Shown one piece after another: positions 1 to 9,937 of a DNA stretch of 64,000 nt. The first letter of the stretch is position 1. Each line of letters starts with the position of its first letter. Below the pieces are notes generated by a model that ran no database searches, was not told where the DNA came from, and saw only the letters and a list, made by a program, of their open reading frames with translations. Position numbers and translations under genes: made by a program. The DNA is from Cyanophora paradoxa CCMP329 (Eukaryota; Plantae; Glaucophyta), in the NCBI GenBank assembly GCA_004431415.1, contig QPMI01000493.1, positions 181,731-245,730 of the forward strand, read 5' to 3'.

Positions 1-3000
1 TCGGCAACAGCAACAAGGCGACCTCGCCCGGCGGTAACTTCCTGCAGGGCTCCGCCAGCATGCGCCTCGACCGCGCACTCAGCGCCCGCTCGAATTCCAT
101 CGCTGGCCATGGCCGCGCCGGCTCGATCTCTGGATCCGGCTCCCGGCCGGTGCGAGCTCGAGCGCGCGCGAGCGCCGCTGCCCCCGCTATGAATCGAGGT
201 CTCGATCGCCCCGCAGGGAGTGCACTTTGCGGTGCCCGAGGGGGAAGAGGCGGCCGATCGCGAAGCGCAAGCCAGCCACGCGGTGCGCCCGAGCCGTCTC
301 TCGAACTCCCGTCGCGTGCGGCTTACTCGCGGCTGCCCGCAGCCCCGGTCGCCCCTCGAGCCGGCCGCCTCCATCCGCTCGGCCACCGCCTCCAACCTCG
401 AGATCATCGTGGCGGAGGCGATGTCCGAGGCGCTGAGTGGGCACGTCGACATCGGCCGGCACGACTCGTTCTTCGACATGGGCGGTGCCCCATTAATATT
501 TTTGCGTTTGGTCGATTTCGCATAGAATATTTTTGCGCGCGCAGGGCACAGCCTGGCGGCGACCAAGTGCGTGGCGCGGCTGCGCGCGCGCTTCGAGGTG
601 GACGTGCGCGTGCCGGCCATCTTCGAGCACCCGACGCCCGCCGGCCTCGCCGCCCACGTCTCGGCGCTGCTTGCCGCCAAGTTCGGCGGCGGCGGCGGCG
701 CGGGCGGCGGCGCCGGCGCGCAGGAGGCGAAGCTCCCGACCATCGCCTCGCTGCCGGCGGGGCCGGACGGCGAGCGGCAGGCGCCGGCGAGCGAGGGCCA
801 GCAGCAGCTGTGGTTCCTGGCGCAGCTGCAGCCGGGCTCGGACGAGTACAACGTGCCGCTGCCGCTGCTCGTGGCGGGGCCGCTCGACGTCGGCCTGCTG
901 GCCCTCGCCGTCGGGCAGCTCGTCGCGCGGCACGAGGCCCTCCGCACGACCCTCGCGATGGACGGCGACCGCCTCGTACAGGTCGCCGCGCCGGCGGCGG
1001 CCGCCGCCGAGCGCGCGGCCGGCGAGGCCCTCCGCGTCCGCGAGGTCGCGCAGGCGTCCATGGACGACGAAATACGCGCGGCCGGCGCGCGGCCTTTTGA
1101 TTTGCAGGCCGGGCCCCTCTTCGGCTGCACCGTCCTGCGCGTCTCCGACACGTACTACGACGAGGTCATTTATCCATTTGCGAGTTTTGCTGCTGACGTT
1201 TATTGAGAGCTTTCCAGGCGTGCCACGTCGTGATCCTCGCCGCCCACCACGCCGTCATCGACGGGGCCAGTGCGCCCGCGCCTTCAATTTCTCGAGAGTT
1301 TTCCTCGCGCGCCGCCCGCGGCCGACGGTCTTGCAGGCCTGGCCTCGCTGCTCCAGGAGCTGGCGGCGCTGTACGGCGGCTACGCGCGGCTCGCGCGCGA
1401 GAAGGGCGCGCCGCCGGCGGTGCGCGAGGTCTGCGGGGGAAGCAGCCCGGCCCCGGCCCCGGCCATCCTCGGCGCCGCCCTCGGCTGGGCACGCGACATC
1501 GCGGCGGGCATCCTCGCGCCTGTGGCGGTGCAGTACGCCGAGTACGCGCTCTGGCAGGCCGCCTGCCTGCAGGGCGCCTACCTCGAGAGTGGCCTCGCCT
1601 TCTGGAAGAAGGCGCGCGGTCTTTGATTTTACTCTATTATAAGCACGAGAGTTTGCGGTCTATATTTTTACTATGCGGTCTAGGGCTTTACCATAAAGAT
1701 GACTTGCAATAACTACGCGGTCTTTTTCGCTTCTGACAGCTTGCGTGAGCAGACGCTGGCGGGCGTTCCCGCCATCGAGCTCCCCTACGACTTCGTGCGC
1801 CCGGCGGGCGCCCCGAAGGTGGCCGGCACGGCGCGCTTCAGCGTGCCGGGCGAGGTCATGGCGCTCGTCGACCGCTTCTCCCACTCGGCCAAGTGCGCAG
1901 ATTTCCGCCCGATTTCCGTCCGTCTGATGGCCTCGCCCGTCTGACGTCGACCGACGCGTCGCAGCTGCTCGCACTACATGGTCTTCCTCGCCGCCTTTGC
2001 CCACGTGCTGCAGCGCCTCGCCGGCGCCGACGACTTCGCCATCGGCACGCCCGTCGCGGCCCGGCCCCTCCCCGAGCTCGAGACCACCGTCGGCTACCTC
2101 GTCAACACCGTCGCCATCCGCTCCAAGTGCCCTTCCCTATCACAAACCCAGTCTGCGCGCCGCTCGGCTGAGTCTGTCCGTCCGTCTGTCCGTCCTCGCC
2201 ACGCCGCCAGGTTCGAGCGGTCGGCCACGTTCGCGGCGGCCGCGAAGGCGGTCCGGGAGGCGGCGCTGGGCGCCTTCGCCCACGACTACGTCCCCTTCTC
2301 CCGCGTGCGCATGCGCCCTATCTGCTAAATTAGAACTTTGTCGCGTACAGTTAGGCAGGAGCGAATCTATTTGAGGACGTGAGGCCTAGGCTTGGCATGG
2401 GTCCTGCCATAGTTGGAATTGCTCCAGCTTCGGTTTTCGCCGATCGCGAAATTTTGATTGGCTCGAATATTAACTTTGCGCGCGCAGGTCGTCTCGGCGG
2501 TGCAGGCGAACCGCGACGCAGGCCGCAACCCGATCTACCAGGTCCTCCGCTCTGCACTCGACCTTGGCACTCGTAGCTCGCTTTTCGTGGACGGCTGACT
2601 TTAGCGCCCGTGCAGGTAATGTTCGCGGTGGAGTCGTGGACGGAGCTGGCGGTGGGCGACGGCGACGGCGTCCTTCTCGACGAGGAGCGCGAGACCACCG
2701 CCGAAGTCCTCAGGTGCCTTCCACGTTTTAGTGATTTGGTAGAGATTACGCGTGTACAATTTACGCGTCCTCCGCGCAGCTACGACTTCGCCACGCCTAA
2801 GTTCGACCTGAGCCTGACGGTCGCCGACGCGGTCGGCGTGGCGGACGACCCGCGCGCGGCGGCGTGCAATCTGGAGTACCGCGCCGACCTCTTCTCGGCC
2901 GCCACCGCGCAGCGCATCGCCGAGCACTTCGTCGCGCTGCTTTCGGCCGCGCTGAAGGCGCCCGACGCGCCGCTGTCCCGCCACGCGATCCTGAGCGCCG

Positions 3001-6000
3001 CGGAGCACCGCCTCGTGACGTCCGACTTCGCGGACGGGAGCGTCCGCGACGGGGCCCTGGAGGGCGCCCCCTCGTGCATCCACACGGCCTTCGAGCGGCA
3101 GGCGCGCCAGCGGCCCAAGGCGCTGGCGCTCGTGCACGGGCCGCGCGAGGTGACGTACGGCGAGCTGGACGCGTGGGCCGAGGCCATCGCCGCGCGCCTC
3201 ACCGCCGCCGGCGCGCGCCGCGAGAGCCGCGTCGCCCTCATCATGGACAAGGCAAGCCCTCCACTTTTCCACATTTCCGCTCTGGCCGCTCACTCTTCCA
3301 TCTCTGCCAGGCCCCCGAGGCGATTGCAGCCATGCTGGGCACCCTGAAGGTCCGCCCTGCCCGGCCCGCCGCTCTGCTGATGCGATCTAAACTATTGTCA
3401 TTGCGCACAGGCCGGGGCGGCGTATGTCCCAATCGACCCCGCCACGCCCATCGACCGCATGCTCTACATCTTCGAGGCGAGCCCCGGGCGCCTGCTGTTC
3501 AGAACCGCTCCGACACGAGCGTCCTCAGGACTCGGGCGCGCGCTGGCTGCTCTCGCACAGCTCCGGCGACCTCCCGACGCGCGTGCACAAACCGGCCTCC
3601 GACGCCGGCGTCGAGGCTCGCGCGCCCCGCCGCGCCCCGCCTTCCCCTCAATTTCCGCTCATTTTCCGGCATGCAGGTCATTTTGGCGGACGCGATCCCG
3701 CCGGGGCTCCAGCGCCGCCGCAGGCCGGTGCCGGTGGAGCCGAGCAACCTCGCGTACTGCATCTACACCTCCGGTCCGCTCCGCTCCGCACTTTCGCTCG
3801 CTCGCGCTCACGTTTGATTTGTGCGCATGCGCAGGCACGACGGGGAGGTGCCCGGCCCTGGACTCAGCCCCAGCCCTCGCCGCTCCGTTGTCGGCCGCCG
3901 ACGCCGCCGCGCAGGCCCAAGGGCGTCGCGGTCGAGCACGAGGGCGTCGTCCGTCAGGCGAGCTCCAGCGGCCCTCGGCATGGTTGCGCTCGGCTGCTGA
4001 GCCGCCGGCGCCGCCGCGTGCAGGTGGAGGCGGTGGCGGGGCGGCACCTGGCCGTGGGGCCCGCGGACGCCTGGGCCCAGTTCTTCTCCATCTCCTTCGA
4101 CGGCTCGGTCCGCCCTCTATACCTTTAATACACCTGATAAATTCCATTAAGGCCAGTCGTTTTTTAACTTTAGCTTGCGCGTCCCCGCAGGTGGAGGAGA
4201 TCTACGGGGCCCTCCTCCGCGGCTCGCCCCTCGTCCTCGTGCCCAAGGCGAGAGCCCCGCCCCCGCCTCCCTCGCCGCCGCCCTCGCCTCTAACTTCCAA
4301 TCCGTCTCCAATCCAGAGCGTGGGCCTCTCGCCGGGGCAGCTCCTGGAGCTCGTCGCGGCCCGCCGCATCGCGGTGCTGGACATCCCCACAGCCTTCCTC
4401 GACGTCCTCTCCGGCGCGCTTTGTCCATTCTCACTTCAGATCATATAAAGAGCTTGCAAAGAGCTATAAAGATCAGATATTAATTTGGGGCGCTGGCCGC
4501 CTAGGCCACGATCGGCCGCAGCCCTGCTGACGCGTCGGTCCGCCGCGCTCTGCAGGCGAGCTGCAGGCGATGTCGGAGGGGAGCGTGGCGGCCCTGCGGC
4601 TGCGCCACGTCATCGTCGGTGGCGACCGGCTCCTCTCCCGCCAGGCGAGCGCGCCGCGCCGCTTGAATTTCGGATTTGAAAATCAAAACGGGCTCGCGGA
4701 CCCTGACTCCGGGATCCGGTCCGAGCAGGTTCTGGCGTTCGCGGCCGCCTGCAGGGGCCGCGTCAAGCTCTGGAACACATGTGCAGCCCTTTGCTGATCA
4801 TAGCTTTCGCCGTCCAGCCGTCCAGCCAGCATTAAACTGAACTGTGTTTTCTTTTGCGCAGACGGCCCGACGGAGGCGACGGTGGACTGCACCATCCGCC
4901 TCGTCGACGCCGAGCAGGAGGCCGCCTCTGAGGCTCAGGTGCGCCGTACTCTTTCTTAAGCCGCTTCTTCCATGTTTTGATTTTTATATATTTTCTTCCG
5001 CTCAGGTGGGCCGTATACGAATTCTTCCTCGCTTAGTTCGTGGCCATGGTTTGATTTTGGTTTCACGGTCTGCAGGGCCGCTGCACGATCGGGAGGCCCT
5101 TCGCCGGGCGCCGCCTCTTCGTCGTCGACAAGGGGCTCGCGCCCGTGCCGCCGGGCGTCTGGGGCGAGGTGCGAGGGCCGCAAAAGTCTGCTCTGCAGCT
5201 CGCGCCCGACGGTCGTGCTTCCGCGCCGCAGCTCCTCATCGGCGGCGACGGCGTGGCGCGCGGGTACCTCAACCGGCCCGAGCTCACCGAGGAGAAGGTC
5301 CCTACTTTTCCGGTCCAATTTCTTGGCCCCGAAATGAAAGCCCACGCCAGTTCTGCTGGGTGGACGTCGCGGGGCGGCCCGAGCGCGTCTACCGCTCGGG
5401 CGACGTCGTCCGCTGGCTCCCCGACGGCACCCTCGAGTTCCGTGGCCGCGCCGACACGCAGGCGCGCGCACACACTCACACCCTTTAGCTCTGCTTCGAT
5501 CCGCATCGTTTGTTTAGACGGGAGCGCGCGCAGGTCAAGATCCGGGGGTTCCGAGTCGAGCCGGGCGAGGTGGCGGCCGTCCTGCAGACGCACGCCGCCG
5601 TCCGCGCCGCCGTCGTCGTCCCCGCCGCCGACGCGTGCGCGAATTTCCGAAATCGATCGCAATTTCGGCGCTGACGGGGCGATCGCGAGCATGCGCAGGA
5701 GCGGCATCGTGTCGGGCCTCAACGCGTACGTCGTCCTCGACGATGCCGCCCGCGGCCAGCCCGAGGTCCTCTCTAGTTTCCTGCCACCTTCCTTCCTTCG
5801 CTTCTAATCGCCTCTCTTCTCAGGCGGCGCTGGAGGCGGAGCTGGAGGGGCACGCGAGGAGGACCCTGCCGCCCTACATGATGCCCGCCTCCTACACGTT
5901 CCTCGAGGCCTTCCCCACCACGGTCCGTCCGCGTTATGTTTCGTTCACTGTTTTAAAGATAGTCGTTGTGGCGTTCTTCCAATTGTACCTCGCTAAGATT

Positions 6001-9000
6001 CACCATTATATACGCTTAGATATTTGGCTTCCTGTTCCAAAGATGCCATTAAACCACTATGTTTTCAGATCGTGGGCAAGATCGACACGCGGGCGCTGCC
6101 GCCGCCGCGGCCCCGCGCCGGCGCGGCGGGCGCCGAGGAGGCGGAGGGCGACAGCGACGCGGGCGGCGCGGGCGAGGCGATGACGGCGGTCGAGGAGGCG
6201 ATGGCTGCGATCTGGCGGGAGATCCTGGGCGTGAAGAACATCCGCCTCGACTCGGACTTCTTCCTCCTCGTGCGCTCCCTCCGTCGTTCGAACTCTGTCT
6301 CGCCGTATCGATGGACGCTGCAGGGCGGGACGTCGATCGCGGCAGCGCGGTGCGTGAGCCGCGCCAACCGGGGCGGCCTCCCCATCGGCATCGTCGACGT
6401 CTTCGAGGCCCCCACCCTCCGCGGTTCGTGGCCGATCCACTCGAAGCCGCCATCAAAGTATTAGTCGCTGCAGCTGATTCGATCGCGTGCACAGGCCTCG
6501 CGGCGCGCGCGGCGTCGTCCGCGTCTGGCCGCGCCGGCCCCTCGGCGGCCGTCACCGGCCAGACCCTCCTCGAGGACGCAAAGGCAAGCGCAGCCCCTCT
6601 ATTATTTCTTCTGTTTCTTATGAGCCGTCCTCTGATTCCGCCGGCGCCGCAGGAGGCGGCGCGCCAGGTCGAGGTCCCCGAGGCGGCCCGCGGCGCGCTG
6701 CCGCCCGGGCCGCTGCGCCCTCTCCCGCGCCCCGGCGCCCGCCTCTCCGTCCTCGTCACCGGCGCCTCGGGCTTCCTCGGCGCCTTCGTCCTCCAGGTCC
6801 GCCCCTAATCTTAATGTTGATTCCTGTTTGATGCCCTCTAGGCGCACACTTGAAATTTATTATCGCTTGCATCGGACCTTCTCGATTAGTTCTGACCTTC
6901 TTGGTCCCGCAGGCCCTCCTCGACTCGCACGACTGGCCCGCCCGCCGCCCTCCACCTCGCTTCTGATCTCTATCCTTTCTTCTGAGCCTCCTCCCCGCAG
7001 GCTGGACGCCGTGTGCCTCGTGCGCGGGGCGGACGCGGCGGCGGCGCGCGCGCGGCTCATCAAGGCGATGTCGGGCTACGGCCTCTGGCGGGCCGCCTAC
7101 GAGCCCCGCGTCCGCGTACTCAACGGCTCCATGGAGGCAGTGCGCCCTTATTATATCGGGCTGATATTAGCTTATTGCATTCTTCTGAGCTTCTTAAATC
7201 GCTCTTTAGATTGCCCATTATATTTCCTGAGCTCTAGATCTCGATTTGCTCGCATTCGTCTTCTCCACCGCCCTTCCCTCTCCTTCTGAGCCTTCTGAGC
7301 CTTCTGAGCCTCAGGCTCGCCTCGGGCTCGGGGCGGAGGAGTACGCCTCCGCGGCGGCCGAGGCCGCCGTCGTCTACCACGTCGCTGCCGAGGTCAGATT
7401 CCGAGATTGTCTTTCTTAAGTTTATAGAAATGGCCCGAGGACCAACGTTAACGTTGACACGTGCATTAGCTAGCTGCTAGCTCATTCTGAGATTCTCTCT
7501 TTTGAGCCTATTAGATTCAATGAGCGATTACATTACATTTCGGGACTCGTTGAATCGCTCGTTCGATGGCCCGCCGCCCTCGAACTCCGCCGCGCGCAGG
7601 TGAACCACGTGAAGAGCTACGCGTCGCTCAAGCGCTCGAACGTCGCCGGCGCCGTCGAGGTCGCGCGCTTCGCCGCCGCCGCCGCCGCCGCCCGCGGCGC
7701 CCCCGTCCCCCTCCACTTCGGTGCGCACGCCCGCGGACCGTCTCAGAGTCTGCCGCGCGCGCGGGCGTCCAACCCTCGCCGCCCGACCTTCGCCGCCAGT
7801 GTCCACGATCTCGGTTTACTTCTAATATAAACTTCTTCAACACCTTCTATAGCTTGTCTTTCAATTTCATCTCTGACCATGACCTCGCTGGCAGTGTCCA
7901 CGATCTCGGTGTACGGCCTGACGCTCCCGCGCGGCGTCTCGCTCGCGTCGGAGGCCGCCCCGCTCGACGAGTACGCCGACCAGGCCGCCGCCGCCAACAA
8001 CGGGCGAGTCTTCTTTGCTTCCGAATGGCAACCTTAACCTTATTTAGATTGGACCTTTGGGGACCGAATGGGCGGCGAAAAAAGCTAGAGTCTCTTACTT
8101 CTCTTGACGGGCTCCCAATAAGGGCGGCGCAATAATGGGGAGTCTCTTGCTTCTCTTGACGCTCCCTTTTCCCTCGCAGGTACCTCTCGAGCAAGTTCGT
8201 CGCCGAGCAGGCCATGCACGAGGTGCGCCGCACTCCCTTCCCTTAGCCTCCGAGCTTAGCGGTTCTTCCATTCGGTCTGCACTCTTGCAGCTCGTGCATT
8301 CAGCAATTATTTAAATATCGCCATTCTAGATCTTGAGTGCATGCTTTCCGAGTTGACCGACGCTCCGCTTTCGGATCCAGCTGGCGGCGCGGGGCCTCCC
8401 CGTCTGCGTGTGGCGCCCCGGGCTCGTCTGCGGGTCCCTCTCCGGCGGGCCCACCGCATGGAACGCCCTCGACACGACCAGCCGCGTCATCAAGGCACCC
8501 GATCCCCCGTCCTAAGCCGTCCCAGTCGAACATAACGGGGGGGCGCGCGCGCAGGGGAGCGTGCAGTGCGGGGTGTACCCCGAGGAGGGCGAGGGCGAGT
8601 CGGGGACGCCGCAGCCGAGCCCGGCGGACTTCTGCGGGCGCGCCATCGCCTTCGCGTCGCTGGAGCGACCGGCCCGCTGCGCCGGCGCCACGCACAACCT
8701 TGTCTCCTGGCGCCCCGAGGCCGCCGTCAGGACGGGTCCCATCTACGCTGAGCTCCGCGTGCGCTCTGAGAATTCTCGAACCGGCTAGGGCTTCCTATAT
8801 AGATATATAGTGGATTTATAGAGCGCTTTACACAATTAATTGGCGGCTTTGGTTGAGCCGTCTCTGCTCGTAGGCGCGGGGCTACAAGCTCGAGCCGGTC
8901 TCGCCCGACCACTTCTACACGGCGGTCCTCGACCAGGTGCGCGATTCTTTGGTCGTGCACATGCTCTCTCCTTCAGAAGGTATGACCGGTCCGCGCGCAT

Positions 9001-9344
9001 GCGCAGATCGAGAACGAGGAGGAGGGCACCGGCGGCAAGGACAACGCGCTGTACCCCCTGATCTCCTCCCTTCGCAACATCTACCGCCTCACCTCGTGCC
9101 CCCCGCCTCCTCGCACTTCGAATAATTGAAGCCTGCCCCCGTCTCACTCCGGCGCAGCGCTGGGAGCCTGACGGCCTCGCGGGACGCGCCCGCCGCCTCC
9201 GACGGCATCGTGTACGGGACCGCGGCGCTGCAGGGCGCGCTGGAGGGCTCGGGCGTGGACGTGCCCCCCTACGGCGGCGCGGCGGCGTGCGCGGCCGTCG
9301 ACTACTTCGTCGCGTCGGCCTTCGTGCCGCCTCCGGCCCTCTAG
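1..9344 (+). CDS. Multi-exon non-ribosomal peptide synthetase, 5'-truncated by the window edge; visible domains T-C-A-T-R (terminal thioester reductase)
   Basis: Splicing by eye restores the canonical motifs. T1: DSFFDMG|GHSL (intron 485-544, Ser codon 550-552). C: PASEGQQQLWFL, LVARHEALRTT, HHAVIDGAS, GYLVNT. A: YTSG|TTGR|PKG, FDGS, NT|YGPTE, GE|LLIGGDGVARGYL, YRSGD, GRADTQ|VKIRGFRVE, YMMP, GKID. T2: FFLL|GGTSI. R: TGASGFLG, G|YLSSK. Stop TAG at 9342-9344. Confidence 0.95.
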
Positions 9345-9594
9345 ACGGTTTCTTCTTCCCGATTCTAGGTCTTACATTAGCCAGGAATACCCATACCAGA
9401 ACCATACCTGCATTCAATCAAAGTTCGAAAGCTGCAAATCACGCCCTTTCTCGGAGGCCGAGGACGCGGAAATCGCGCTTAAATCACCCTGATCACGCTG
9501 AAAAATCACGCTGAAAATCGGGAAAGGCCGAGAGGCGCGGGTTGGGGCGAGAGCGAGGTGCCACGCGTCCTGACGCTCTAAAAAAGGCCAAGTG

Positions 9595-9765
9595 AATATC
9601 ACTACCTACGGGGGGTTCGCCCCACCGTAGTCTCTCAAAAAAAAACATTAATCTGCAAAAACCTGCAAACTTCGGAAACTGCGAAACCGCCCGACTGCGA
9701 AACTGCAAAACTGCGGAACTGCGAAACTGCGATCATCGGATACTGCGAAACTGCGAGAGATAGGA
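9595..9765. repeat. Short interspersed element: GC hairpin plus A-tract plus (ACTGCGAA)n, copy 1
   Basis: AATATCACTACCTACGGGGGGTTCGCCCCACCGTAGTCTCTC followed by repeated actgcgaa; a homologous arrangement occurs at about 35495-35660. Confidence 0.5.
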
Positions 9766-9937
9766 TGATGGGGGAAATTTGAATGAGGAAGGGGACGACA
9801 TTAAACCGAACTAGCTCGAGCTCGCCTATTCCGAGTTAAATAAGGAGAGAATTCGTAAGACGTTTACGTATACGCGCGCGAGCCGTTTGCTCTCAAGAGC
9901 AGACTCGATCGGTATCGCGAGCCATTCCGGTCCGAAG

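Noticed and set aside
60-1642. Long Arg/Ala/Pro-rich ORFs (60-1100, 533-1642)
   Set aside because: Mostly off-frame shadows of GC-rich NRPS exons.
2900-9344. LYS2 alpha-aminoadipate reductase or a carboxylic acid reductase
   Set aside because: An upstream T domain and a catalytically intact C domain precede A-T-R, and the acidic pocket fits a basic substrate rather than aminoadipate.
9604-9646. Rho-independent terminator after the NRPS
   Set aside because: Eukaryotic spliced gene; no U-tract on the sense strand; the motif recurs as an interspersed repeat.
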